A program made the translations under genes and the position numbers. Below the pieces are notes generated by a model. It made no database searches and was not told the DNA's origin. It was given only the letters and a program-made list of their open reading frames with translations. Below are positions 1 through 12,420 of a stretch of DNA of 64,000 nt, piece after piece (positions within the stretch are counted from its first letter, which is position 1; every line of letters begins with the position of its first letter). Source of the DNA: Ostrea edulis (Eukaryota); assembly GCF_947568905.1 (NCBI RefSeq), contig NC_079171.1:22258001-22322000 (forward strand), written 5' to 3'.

Positions 1-519
1 TGAGCTCATTCATTTAACACGGGAAATATAACGCGGTTGCTGTTAACAGCTGCGATTATTTTCTTTCAAATCAAGCAATATATCCACAATAAAACGTACT
101 AAGGTATGGGAAAGCTTGTCTGGAATTTAAAATCATTTGCGGTACTTTCCAAACCATTTATTTGTTTTAACTGCGGGGTTGTCAATGAAGTATACCGCAG
201 TGAAGGCGACATTTTTGCGGAAGCATTATGGGTAGTCCCCATCATTTTTTTGCAATCGGATCACGTGCTCGTCCTTTTCCGTAACCGGTAAGAAGCTTTG
301 CGGTTACGGAAATAGCCGAGTAATTACGATTGCATTTTTTAGCTGATGAAAAGCAAATCAGGTGACTCAATTGCGTAATCATTGGAGCGAGCGCATCGCG
401 TCGCTTCGCTCGCTATTGATATAACACACAATCAACAACAAAATCGCGGTGTAATTAAGTAAGAACAGTTGATTATACACAAAACTTCTTTCATTCAATC
501 AATAAAGCAAATACCGTAT

Positions 520-1440
520 AGTCGGTTTTTGGGCGAGTATATAGATTTGGTCTATTTCGGCGAATTCCAGAGATTCGCTAAAATAAAAATCCTTATAATC
601 AAGTACAACGGCCGGTATACATATACATTGTATACATACAAAAATAAAAACCTAGATCACCAACAGTTTATCCACCAAAATTAATGGTATACCTTGTAGA
701 CCCAAATCAGCCAAGTTTCTGACCGCAAAAATAAATACAGATAAAAAAAAAACGGCAATACGGTACACTATTATGACCCCTGGGTCGAGGCCTCTGCTGA
801 TGGACTGTTAGTCCCCGAGGGTCTCTACAGCCCAGTAGCTAAGTACTTCGTTACTAGCTTGAAAATACGGATGTATATTTAATTGCTGTGATAAAATTTA
901 GAAATTCATTTCAAAATTAAGGATTATCTCCCTCATGCATAGCTCTTATCCTTAGAGGAATTTGACTCCACTTTTTGGCACACTGTTTTCCCCTATAATA
1001 GCTCTAGCAAGTTCATTGTTATTTCGGATTTCAAAAATTTCGGTTGAGCATCACTGAAGAGATATTATTTGTCAAAATGCGCATCTGGTGCATCAAAATT
1101 GGTACCGTATAAGTTTTACATCCTTAACTCCAGATGAGGGTGACCGATGATGAAAAATTCTCTCATTTGAATTGAATTGTACCGTATAGTCGTTTTTTTT
1201 GGCGGGTATACAGATTTGGTCTATTTCGACGATTTTAGAGATTCGATGAAATAAAAATCCCTATATTCAAGTACAACGGCCGGTATACATATGCATTGTA
1301 TACAAAAAAAAACAAAAACAAAACAAGTTCATCAACCAAAATACCGGCAATACGGTGCACAAAGATCAATCGTAAATATATCCCTAACTCCAGATGACTG
1401 ATAATGATAAAATCTTTCATTTGAATTAAATTGTAATTAT
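520..1440. repeat. Local segmental duplications around the inserted repeat
   Basis: ccgtatagtcg...tacaacggccggtatacatat at ~520-630 recurs at ~1182-1300; cc(c/t)taactccagatga...tttgaatt at ~1122-1180 recurs at ~1382-1435. Confidence 0.75.
772..1111 (+). mobile_element. Penelope-like-element-derived repeat fragment carrying a degenerate hammerhead-like motif
   Basis: Contains CTGAAGA-gat(attattt)gtc-aAAA-tgcgc(atctg)gtgca-TC at 1054-1094, a hammerhead core layout; resembles an abundant oyster repeat recalled from memory; boundaries approximate. Confidence 0.5.
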
Positions 1441-1732
1441 GGTGAATGCAGTTTTGCTTATAATTACAACAACCAAAACATTGAGTTCTTCATCATTTAT
1501 GGTGAAGCATACCTTTTATTATTTGCGAACATGGCAAATAAAAATCGGGGGGTAAACGAAACTAAGAGATGACAATAAAATCATTCTGTAGGTGTTACGC
1601 AAATCTTAGAGCATACATCTTAAAAGTAATTTTCCATTGATCCTACGGAAACTAGAAGACCGAAGGTAGGACCATTTCTCCATTTCATTCAGGTACACCC
1701 CTGAGATTTCCTGATCCTTCACTAAAACTTAC

Positions 1733-1972
1733 GATCATTCCTATACCAGGTCTGTACCTGGTATAAACTGTAAACTTTCCCGAGATCAATCCTGAGCCAA
1801 GCAGATTGTTGACCAAGGCCGGAATGAGAGCAAGATCGGTCTTCTATCATCCGTAACAAATCAGGCCGACCGTCCACGGTTCTAGAGGCTACGAAATCTT
1901 GAAGTGTTGTGCTCATTTCGGCTGTTGTGAAGTTTGGAATTACCAACTCATCTATAATGTCAAACAATACAT
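1733..1972 (-). CDS. Internal exon encoding the N-terminal half of an F5/8 type C / fucolectin (FTP)-like domain
   Basis: Translation ...ASRTVDG...CSHSGLGQQSAWLRIDLGKVYSLYQVQTWYRND matches the A-x-x-x-V-D-G / CSH / W-x-x-I-D-L-G motifs of F-type lectin domains; acceptor AG 1974-1973 (an alternative AG lies ~20 nt downstream), donor GTAAG at 1732; phase 1/1. Other exons not established. Confidence 0.65.
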
Positions 1973-2340
1973 CTATTTAAAATTTGCAATGAAATGGAGA
2001 AAAATGAAGAAAAATTAACGAACAATTATCTCTAGCATATAGTTTGACAGCAAACATGTATGTTAACCGGCCATTTGGAGGCACCAATCATATACATGTA
2101 CCACTAAGAGACTGGCTAAAACAAATAGCACATCGCTTTTTAATGATGGTTCATTGTGTACTAATGCGCTGAAAAGCCTGATATAAACAAATGAATAGTG
2201 TGCATTATAATCAGGTTTATCATATTTATTGGTACATGGGTTTTTATGAATTATCTAGAGTAATATTTAGATAATTGAGTTTGGAAACTGCATAATGTTA
2301 TCATTTAACATATACGCAAGACAGTTACTGAGCAATGTTT

Positions 2341-2590
2341 AAACAGCTGTTATTGACCTCCGTTAGAACAGCCGTTATTGACCTTCGTTAGAACAGCTGT
2401 TATTGATCTCCGTTAGATCAGCCATTATTGACCTCCGATAGAACAGCCGTTATTAACCTTTGTTAGAACAGCCATTATTGAACTCCGTTAGAAAAGCCGT
2501 TATTGACCTCCGTTAGAACAGCCGTTATTGACCTCCGTTAGAACTGCCATTATTGACCTCCGTTAGAACAGCCATTATTGACCTCCGTTC
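2341..2590. repeat. 25-bp minisatellite (gccgttattgacctccgttagaaca), about 10 copies
   Basis: Direct inspection. Confidence 0.9.
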
Positions 2591-2794
2591 AAATAATCAG
2601 TGAGGTAAAAATATGGGGTTGGAAGTGCCTGAACAGGAGAAAAATTAGTACTTTAATTGGTTAAAATTTTGACCTCACGATATATAGTGATTTTATTAAC
2701 ATCATAAATATATCATTAAGCCCGGTTTTATCATAGGGCGGTCAGCATATTCATCAAAAGCATTTCTTTACCCAATGAAATTCAATGAAGTTTC

Positions 2795-4838
2795 TACGAA
2801 AGCCCATTGAGCTGGGAAAAAATTAGCGTTATAACGCGAAAATTTCGCATAACTTTTGCGAATTAACGCGAACCTTTCGCGCGAAAAAAAACGTGAAACA
2901 TTTTATATAAATATAGTTATTAGAAAAGAACCCGTAACTAGTACAATGAACAAAGACTAACAAAGACTAACGTTTATGCATTTAAAAGTAACCTTAAAGT
3001 AGGGATCTAGTAGCGTGACGTCATGTCCGGATCGAACTCTGGTATTGGTTCACGTACTATTATTATCAAACATATTTTTACATTTAGCTGTATGTTTTTT
3101 AATTTAGTAAAATGAATACAATAACACTCAATCACTTATATTTGAGTAGACTATGGCTCCAATCTTCTTTCCATTTTTTGTCATCTAATTCACACATAAA
3201 ACCAGAGGTACATATTTGTTTAATTGATATACAGGGGTATTACATGTTAAAATTATCTGTAAATTAAAAAAAATTCATGATATGCGATAATGCACTTGTG
3301 GAATTAAATAAAACAATTCTGCACTTGTTATATATTTGTTATCTTGTTATATATTTGTTATCTTCTATTATGTGAAAATCATCTTCAAAATGGCTATTTT
3401 GGACAAAAAATGTAAATATAAATTGAGATGCTGTGAAAATATTATGCTGAGAAAGGGCAGATTTTTAAAATGTATTTTAACAAGCATTCATATATGAACA
3501 TAATATGTGAGTTTGAATGAAAAATCACAAGTCAAATTTTTTAAATATTCATATTAGTGGTGTTGCAGTGCCGTATTTTTGACTGCCGAGGGCCTGTATT
3601 GAGTTCAATTTTGTACCACCATTATTAAAAAACATGAAATTGTGTTAAAATTTCACTTTTAATTATTTAGTTAAACATATTTATTTCATATTTGAGGAAA
3701 AAAATTGCAGCATCATACCTCCAACAAAATTTTATGGACATATTCTAGGACTTCTTCAATGAATTTTGATATTACCGTTTGACAAATGGGGGTGCACGTA
3801 ATAAAAATACCATAATTTACTCATTATACTGACAACCCCCCATTTTTTTGTTTTTATCATACCCTCAAATGAACAATCTAAGTATTTAAACTCAAATTTT
3901 TGAGAAATCACAAGTAGGTCCAGGACTAGGAACCTACCTTAAAGTTTAAAGTAAAGAACTATATACACACGCTAACACACCTACATTTTACACACGCACA
4001 TTTCAGAATGTTTGGTACATATGCTATTAAAGTTTTATTTAATGCAAAGTAGAATTCATATTTGTAATTGATTAATACCAGTGTTGCTTAGCTAGCAACA
4101 GCTTTTAATACGAAGGTATGAAATTTCTTCCGTTGAAATCAAGCCTTAAAATGTCACATAATTTCAAAGAACTATCAACCACTAAATTTCTGAATTTGTT
4201 ATGTTATTGAGTAAACTATGCTTTATCTACATTTGCTTTTGATTCATTTGATATCCTGAACAACCCCAAGAAAGCGCTTGATGACGTAAGTTCTCACAAT
4301 AAAAGACTTTTCCAGGGCTATGTTCCTTGGCTGTCATCTTTTACGGGGAAAAAAATCCATAGAATTCTCACAGCAACCTTTAATGTAACTAACTGTTTTA
4401 TAATTTTGTCATTTGATATGCTTTTGGTTTGGTATATTATCTAGAAAGACCTCTCCTATGTGACAATTAATAACACAAAATATGTACAACAGAATCAAAG
4501 GTCATTAAGATAATCTTCTTAAAGCAGTCAAAGTATGTCAAGAAATGTGCATATACAAACTTACAAAGTACAACTGGACAAGTCTATCGTTATTTTTTCT
4601 TTATTGTAATGAACAAATTATTTCATGCTACTTTTTTAATATTGAGCGCATTCAATTCATAAGTTCGTTTTTATAAACAAAATCTACGCTTTATAACCTA
4701 CAGTGTAAGTTTCACGTTAATCGCTAAAGTTACGCGTTTATTCGCGAGAGTTTCGCGTTAATTCGCGTAAATTATGCGATATACATGTAACACGAAAAAC
4801 AAAATCAGCTACAAAAATGAGCTCAATGGGCATTCGTA
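2795..4838. mobile_element. Non-autonomous TIR DNA transposon, IS3EU-like (TAY..RTA ends, 6-bp TSD)
   Basis: Left end TACGAAAGCCCATTGAGCT (2795), right end AGCTCAATGGGCATTCGTA (4838), 18/19 match; flanked by AGTTTC at 2789-2794 and 4839-4844; cgcg-rich subterminal repeats at both ends. Confidence 0.75.
2998..3938. mobile_element. Kolobok-like non-autonomous element nested in the IS3EU-like element
   Basis: TTAA at 2994-2997 and 3939-3942; ends AGTAGGGATCTAG / CTAGGAACCTACC (RR..YY termini, imperfect 13-bp TIR). Confidence 0.65.
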
Positions 4839-5347
4839 AGTTTCCATCTCAAATTCTATGAGGAAAATGAAAATAGAATTATCTACTTTGACATCCAAAA
4901 ATCTGAAGGTGTCATGACATTATCATTTACGGGGGGGGGAAAAGGAAAATGTTTTTATGCCTTTGAGTCGAACCTAGAACATTCATTTTTGTTGTTTAAT
5001 GCAATAATGAACAGTGTAACAAAGCGTATAAATTAAGGCACTTGGGTTAAAAAGTTCTTATCCTCTGATAAAAAAAAAAACGTACCATAAGATAGAGAGT
5101 ATCCGAGCAGAAAAGTGTAAATTAACAGTCCGGGTTTCATCTTTCCACCCATTGCTGTCCACCGGGTTCTGAAATTAGAGATTACTATAGCTCCAATGTT
5201 TCATATAAATTATGTATGTGTAACACGCAGAAATAGTATTCGTGTATAAGCAAATAGTCACCTTTGTTTCTTAGTTTTCTAGTGAGGCCGTTGAAGATCA
5301 TTCACTTTGATTCACATTTCTAACCTGATTTTTTCACTTTGATTCAC

Positions 5348-5669
5348 CAGGGCCGTAAATTACATGGAGGCGGAGGAGGCAGCTGCCTCCTCCAACTTTT
5401 GAGCCAAAAAAAATTAAAATTTAAAGTTCATTAGAATTTATGTTGTTTCCAATAACTAAGAACATGATACCTCCCTTAAAAAGCATTCCAAATCTTTCTT
5501 TTAGAATGAGTTAGTCAAGTAACATCTTAGAAGGCCCTAGAATCAAGGATTTTGCACGAAACGTGTTCAGTGTGCACAAAATGTGCTCAGCGTCTGGGGG
5601 CCTAGGCGGCCCCCAGACCCCCGCCTAATTTCCTGCCTCCTCCAAATTGAAGGTTAATTTACGGCCCTG
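5348..5669. mobile_element. 322-bp hAT-like MITE with 5-bp TSD
   Basis: Perfect 15-bp TIR CAGGGCCGTAAATTA; TTCAC duplicated at 5343-5347 and 5670-5674; sits inside a short tandem array (ttcacatttctaacctgattttttcactttga). Confidence 0.75.
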
Positions 5670-5877
5670 TTCACATTTCTAAACTGATTTTTTCACTTTG
5701 ATTCACATTTCTAACCTGATTTTTTCACTTTGATTCACATTTCTAACCTGATTTTTTATTAGTGGCCCAATTATGTATAGAACTAAAGAGCCTCTATTGC
5801 AGTGTTGAAATGATCAATTTAAGTTCGATGAAAATATATATCGTTATATACATGTAGCATATCTCACAGAATGCTAC

Positions 5878-5938
5878 TGTTACACCCCAAATCGTCGCCG
5901 GCGACGATTTGGGATGGGCGACGATTTAGGGTGTAACA
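5878..5938. mobile_element. 61-bp palindromic TGT...ACA mini-element (internally deleted TIR element)
   Basis: TGTTACACCCCAAATCGTCGCC ... GGCGACGATTTAGGGTGTAACA; flanks tgctac / tgcaac. Confidence 0.55.
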
Positions 5939-6081
5939 TGCAACTAAGTGAAATTTATCATTATAGCATATCTCACATAATGCAACAATAACTTATCACC
6001 AAGTGAAATTTATGATAATCAAAGATAAAATATATCACATGTGTATGATAGCAGACTACAAAAAAGTAAAGACTCTGTAAA

Positions 6082-6178
6082 ACTGAATTAAACATAAATA
6101 TGTAAAACTTAATTAAACATAAATATGTAAAACTTAATTAAACATAAATATGTAAAACTTAATTAAACATAAATATGA
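6082..6178. repeat. 25-bp tandem repeat (aattaaacataaatatgtaaaactt), about 4 copies
   Basis: Direct inspection. Confidence 0.85.
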
Positions 6179-6546
6179 ACGAATTACATGAAACGTGCTT
6201 AAAAACCCACCGTACCTAGTCCGTGAGAAGTATATGCCGTGGGTGTAGATTCAGTTTCTTGACTCGTCATTATGAGATCATAGTGACTACTCTAAAGGTG
6301 ATCGCCGTCCAGTCGTTACAAGCGGAAGACGTATATCTTCACCGGAAAAGGGCAATTAAAAACCCTGTGTTACTTCCTGTTGAACAACATTGTGATGAGT
6401 GATCGGCTCTGTAGTGTACATGTACATTGCGTAAAAATTTAATTAAGTGCGATCGCTCCTTGTCAGTATCTTTTTTAACATATCATATAAACTATCAAGT
6501 TATCCTTTAGAAAGGGATTGCAATACGTGTTTCTAACAAACAATTT

Positions 6547-6674
6547 CAGTGGCGTAGCTTCCATTGAGGCAACCGAGGCAGATGCCTCGGTAAAAAAAAA
6601 CAACCACCTTTTACGTTGTTAAAATGTCGATAGACCCCCTGCCTCGGTAATATGCGAACCCAAGCTACGCCTAT
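6547..6674. mobile_element. Short hAT-like MITE
   Basis: Ends CAGTGGCGTAGCTT / AAGCTACGCCTATG are imperfect inverted repeats; TSD not clear. Confidence 0.5.
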
Positions 6675-7099
6675 GAGTTTAAGGTATACTGTCAATCGTC
6701 ATTGTTCGTGGTGGTTTGATGTTCGTGGATTTCATGGGTACCTCTTACACACGAATTTAAGTGTCCTCAAACATTTTTTTTAAACCAAGTAGAGTTATCT
6801 CTCCTAGTGACATCATAATGCTTACCCTCGAAATTACCTCCCCACAAACCAGCAAAATTTTGCATACCCACGAACATTGGCCCCCATGAATTAAAATGAT
6901 TCCACAGTATTTGCCGTTTAAAAAAGCAGATCGTGTATTTTGTCAGTATGATAAACGATGAAAAATAATACGATTTGACAATTTCGGCAAATTATATACG
7001 GTTCGGTTATTAAAGGAATACTGCTCTACGCAGTATAAGGAGAAAACGATGATTTTCTATTGTATATTTATGAGGAATCACGTGTTTCATACCGATTGT

Positions 7100-7322
7100 T
7101 AGGCCGTTCTTAGCACACTGATTTTGACTACGGATAGCTCCGTTTACTTGATCAAGATATAGGGCTCACGGCGGGTGTGACCGGTCAACAGGGGATGCTT
7201 ACTCCTCATAGGCAACTGATCCCACTTCTGGTATATACAGGGTTCCGTGTTTGCCAAACTATCTATTTTGTATTGCTTATAGGAGTTGTGAGGTTGATCA
7301 CTGTCCGTTATCTTCACCTTTC
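7100..7322 (+). mobile_element. Penelope-like dispersed repeat fragment
   Basis: gatcaagatatagggctcacggcgggtgtgaccggtcaacaggggatgc... recurs at ~11945-12130 (-), ~30215-30400 (-), ~45245-45410 (+) and ~62400-62620 (-); the last copy is contiguous with RT-like coding remnants. Confidence 0.75.
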
Positions 7323-7525
7323 ACGTATAAAGTGTGGATGTACCGTATCTAATTTAATGCTTTATTTTTCTAATTAGGATTGCACACAGTCCTATGGCTA
7401 GGAATATGCTCTCCGCTATGTAATAGCCTCAATAGATATTAGGAGAGGACGTTCTAAGTTTTAAGAACTTGTGCTCAATCCTTTTGTTATACCATCTAGA
7501 CAATAAAATTTGTTCAAATCAGATA

Positions 7526-7526
<1 letters not shown>

Positions 7527-7588
<62 letters not shown>
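7527..7588. repeat. (AT)n microsatellite, followed by a 37-bp x3 repeat (~7640-7750) and poly-T (~7800-7831)
   Basis: Direct inspection. Confidence 0.9.
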
Positions 7589-7589
<1 letters not shown>

Positions 7590-7797
7590 CTTTGACCTTT
7601 AACTTCAGAATAAAGGGCCATCCCTGTACATGTATTTAATCTGGACTGTTATGTTCAAATTCAACAGGGGACACAATCTGGACTGTTATGTTCAAATTCA
7701 ACAGGGGACACAATCTGGACTGTTATGTTCAAATTCAACAGGGGACACAATTAATCTGGTCTTACGGTGACTGGCTTCGAACAGGTGGAAGATATCT

Positions 7798-7837
<40 letters not shown>

Positions 7838-10800
7838 TCGTCCCTATGGAATAAAATTCGTTCCTATGTATATAAATCAAAAATCTTATGAAATATCTAA
7901 ATATAATTATTGATTTCTATTATCAATACGTTTCATTTTTATTCATTATTTTTATTTTTATGAAATCACGATTTTATACGAAGTTTTTGCAACAAGTACT
8001 AGGCCTACCCGGAACAACAGTGGGTAAAATATAGAAGCAACTTATTACATGTACGAATTTCCAGGTATTAATTAAAATAATAAAGTTGTAACAGGAAAAG
8101 TTATTTTGGTCTGAATTTGCCACATCTGCAAATATTTATCTATATGTATATAACTTGGTTATTGATATCATAAAAAACAACCACGACGTGCAAATGAGGC
8201 GTGTTTAGCACATAATGACATCATCATCTTTCCCAACATCTTCTAATACTTGTAATAAGATATTTTGAGACACACCTGCTATCAGATTTTGAAATAATTT
8301 ATTTTTAAGTTTTGCTACATTTTTAACCAGACACATCGATATCCAAAATTGAAACCTAAACTGGCATGTAAACGGCGAGATTAAACATTCATTTTGAAAA
8401 AAAAAAAATAGCATGTTTTGACGATGTTCTTTAAAATTAAAATCAAAATACATTTTCTTTAAAACAAAATATATGTTAATGAATTGATCGACACTAGTAA
8501 ATTGCACATAAATAACATAAATATTACATGTATTTTTCAATTCGTCACATTTGTGGATGGAATGTTTTGTAATCTCCGTCTCCCTAGCTTGACGTCACTT
8601 CCTTTAAATCCGCCTTCCTATGGATTGACGTCACATCCTTTGATTATACGTGGTGACATCGAATCGAATTCTTTCTTTGTTATGCCTCCATCCCCTTGAA
8701 AAAAAAATGAATTTCAAATTGCATTATGCATATTCATTCCGAATTCAATCTGTGATGTAATACTTCATATTCCTTCACGAAAATGACCGATTCGGAGTGG
8801 GGAAAAGAACATATTCTATAAGTATGTATTGCAATAGACAGGTCTTTCTTAACAAATTTTATTGTATGTTTGGGAAGGGGGTGGCCTTTAGATACATATT
8901 TTGTGCATTATAATTGCACAACAGAATGTCAAATTTCAACTGAAAGGAAAAACTGTACATTCACTGTATATTGTAGAAGAAAGCTATAATGCCATTGTTG
9001 AATTGTCATGATTTATTATTGTTCTTTGACGACTGCGTTGGTTCAGGGATTGGTTTTTTTATTGTTATATATAAACATGAGGTCCAGCTGTATTTTATTT
9101 TCCACATGTTTTCCATGAATGAAATGCATCCTACAGTTCACAATCAATGACTATTATTTAGTACACTTACCTGTGTGAAATATTCCATAGACTGCTTGGT
9201 CTATCCTCAGTTTAATTCATATATCCTACACATTTTTATCATATGTTCACACAGAGTTAAGTACATAGAGGCTACCATTGTATGACATCATCAACAGTGA
9301 AGTTGGCGTATTAATTCAAAGTTATACAAACTTACCTTATTGCTACTATGTGTTGTTGTTTCATTTAGAATTCACATAGGTGATGAGATTTAATCAATAT
9401 GATTTAGTCTTTTATTGTTGTTATCATTACTATTTTGTGCATGCCCAAGGATACATTTTCTTCCTTGTAGGTAGTGAAGTCACAAAATGTAGTGCAGTGA
9501 ATTCAGCATCTATTTGAGTCAATTAACCGGGCAAGTTATTCAATTAAATTCATTGAGTTAATTAAAATAACTTGTATATCATTCTTGTATCAAGATGACA
9601 GTGTTTATTGCATGATTTAAGATCAGTTTTTCCTGTCAGGAACTGTCAGGAAAATTGAGTAATTTGATTGGCTAATTCCTAGCTGCTGAAACTGTATAAG
9701 AAAGGAAGAAGCTCAATTCAGTTAGACAGCTGTCTCAAGCACATCAGTGTCAGGACAAAAACTGAGAGAAACTTAGGTACAAAAATGATTTTGTTGACAG
9801 GAGATCATAATCGTTATAAAGAAACTATTCAATACTTCCCTATTTAATACCGGTATTTGGATTACTACAATTACTTGACAACTGAAGAATCCTGACAAAT
9901 AAATTCCTGACAAGTAAAATCCTGACAAATAAATTCCCGACAGAATCCTGAAAATTGAAATTCTGACATCTTATTTTCTGACAATTTAATTCCTGACAAC
10001 CTAAAATTATTGAACATAATTATTATAGTAATAATTAATTCCTGACAGCAAGTAGATTCTCTTTGCCAGAGTTATTTCCCTTTTATTCCCCTTTACTGAA
10101 CAATGCTATTGAAACGAATTTGCTATTATCTCTGTGTGATAAATATTTTCCTATATATTCCTTTTATTTGAGTTAAAGTTGTGAAACCGGAAATGAATTG
10201 AAAGTTACCAATACATTGACCAATCAGATAGCTAAATTTTAGCCAATCATAATGCTCAGTCACTATTCAATCAGCTTGAAGCTGTAGGGTATAAATACTG
10301 TGAAACCAAGTCAGTCTACACACTTTAGGCAACTATCTAAATTATTTGGACAAATTCAAGCACAGAGCTGGTGGGTTTCTGCACTGGATCCGATGGGGTG
10401 CTCCCTCCGTACCTCCTTTGCCGCCTCCTAAACACAGTCTTCAAGAAGACCGTCTCCCTGGTTTTACTGAGGGAGATCCGAGGGTCGATCGACCACAGAC
10501 GAAGAATAGCAAGCTACCTTCAAGAAGCCCTTCCCCCCGACTATACTGTGGGGATCCATGGGCAATCGACTCTAGGAAGAGGAGATGGACCCATCAACCA
10601 CCTTCTGGAGGACCTAACCATCCCCGGATCTTCAGGAAGACCCGTCCCCGTTTCCAGGAGATCCGAGGGTCGATCACCATCGTCGCCTCGCCGCAACAAA
10701 CCAAGTGTAGCAGGGCCCCTACTGGGCAGTCTGCACTATAAATCTTCACTATCGTCGTGGTATTCTACACACATCTGGACCAAGAACATCGATTAAAAGA

Positions 10801-11944
10801 GAAAGCTTAACAATGGTAAGGTATAGACCTGGCTGAATAAGTCTTTCCTATACAAAGTCAGTAATAATATAACTTTATTAAATACTTTACATAGGAATGA
10901 GACATTGCTCACCTTTACCCTCATTTCCGCCACATTATTCTCATTAATACAGACTGAGTCAAATTGAGCAAAGACAAAGCAATATTGAGTAATTTAAGTG
11001 AGTAATTTTGAGTTGATCAAATTTTGCTATAATTGTACGTGATTCCATTGTTCTTTGTCAAATAGCTAATCGTTTGAACTGATCATTGTCTCAAATCATT
11101 TTACTGCCAATCGCTGTTCAATATTTCGAAATAAAGCCGAGAGGACCCACATCGCTAATCAATATTTTGAGCAAGTAGCTCGGTCTAAATTGAGAAGCCA
11201 CGGTTGCACGCTACACTATTTTCATTCTTTTGAAACCTTGAGCTACCTCCCACCACTCGTAAGACCCTGTGAAAGGTTATGATTATATACAGGTTGTGAT
11301 TCCCAGATGACATTGTTTAATGATGGACCAACGCAGTTTTGTTTATCTTTATGCATTGTTGATGTGAAGAAAATAAACATTTGATCTATAAAAAAGTTGT
11401 GATTATACGTGATGAGGATTATTCGAGGCCAGCCTGTTACAGTATTACAACAAGCAGCTCTCCAGTGGGTGCATTACTTCTGTTGATTAATGAGACTTCT
11501 GTTTATTTGTACGTGCTTGTGAGTGTCTGCTTATTTATTATAATAAATATTCGAGGGACCCGCACTGCCTTGATATCGTTTATCATTGGAAGAGCAACCA
11601 ATCCTCTTCCCAGATTATTTGATCAATCACTTTCATGGACACAAATTATTTGACCAATCACCTTCTTAGGCACATATCATTTGACCAATCACATTCATAA
11701 ATATAAGCCATACTGATTTCCCATGATTTTACAATGTATCTGGGAAGGATACGGCTCTCAAGTACGTCTGTTATTTTCACAAAACTTTAGCTAATCTGAG
11801 TATATGTATACACTGGTAAGCAGTGCATATAAAAATAAGTAAGTAACGTGTAGAAAAAACTTTATGTACAACATTCATAAGGTGTGCTCAAATATGCTGC
11901 TTCAGTTGTTTAAGATGTATGTTCTTTATACAGTGTTGTGAGAG

Positions 11945-12420
11945 GTGAAGATAACCAGCATGCAGCGATCAATCTCATAACTCCTATAATCAATACAAAA
12001 TAGGGAGTTGAGCGAACACGGACCCTGGATATACCAGAGGTGGTATCAGGTGCCTAGTAGCAGTAAGCATCCCCTGTCGACCGGTCACACCCGCCGTGAG
12101 CCCTACATCTTGATCAGGTAAACGGAGAAGACTGTATTTGCAAACAAGATCCCCATAACGACTATTAAAAACACTGTTAATATAAAATTGTTGTCAGTAG
12201 CCTGCCTAGAATTAGACATTTGACATACGAAGAACATGTTTGGGTATGGAATCACTTGGGAGGTATATACATGTACATGTGATAATGGAAATTCAGTATT
12301 GCTACTTAGGTATAGATAATTTTGAAGGATCTAAGGGTTACTTTTATCACGAACTAGAGTTACCTTTGAATTATATTGATATCAAAGCCGATTTAAAGAT
12401 GACCAATCAGGCATCATTTG
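11945..12420 (-). mobile_element. Penelope-like fragment
   Basis: Reverse-complement copy of the 7100 repeat, plus sequence similar to 62700-62890 (gataatggaa...tattgctac). Confidence 0.65.

Noticed and set aside
2341-2590. CRISPR-like array (also considered for 23249-23890 and 33245-34335)
   Set aside because: Head-to-tail tandem units with no unique spacers, in eukaryotic DNA with no cas genes.
8205-8278. Phase-1 exon candidate (GVSQNILLQVLEDVGKDDDVIMC*) as the last exon of paralogue B
   Set aside because: Phase fits, but there is no similarity to A's exon 4 and it lies ~5 kb away across several repeats; unsupported.
10346-10796. Two overlapping 131/141-aa proteins
   Set aside because: Non-ATG starts, no recognisable domain, and the internal duplication changes frame; kept only as a non-coding or leader finding.
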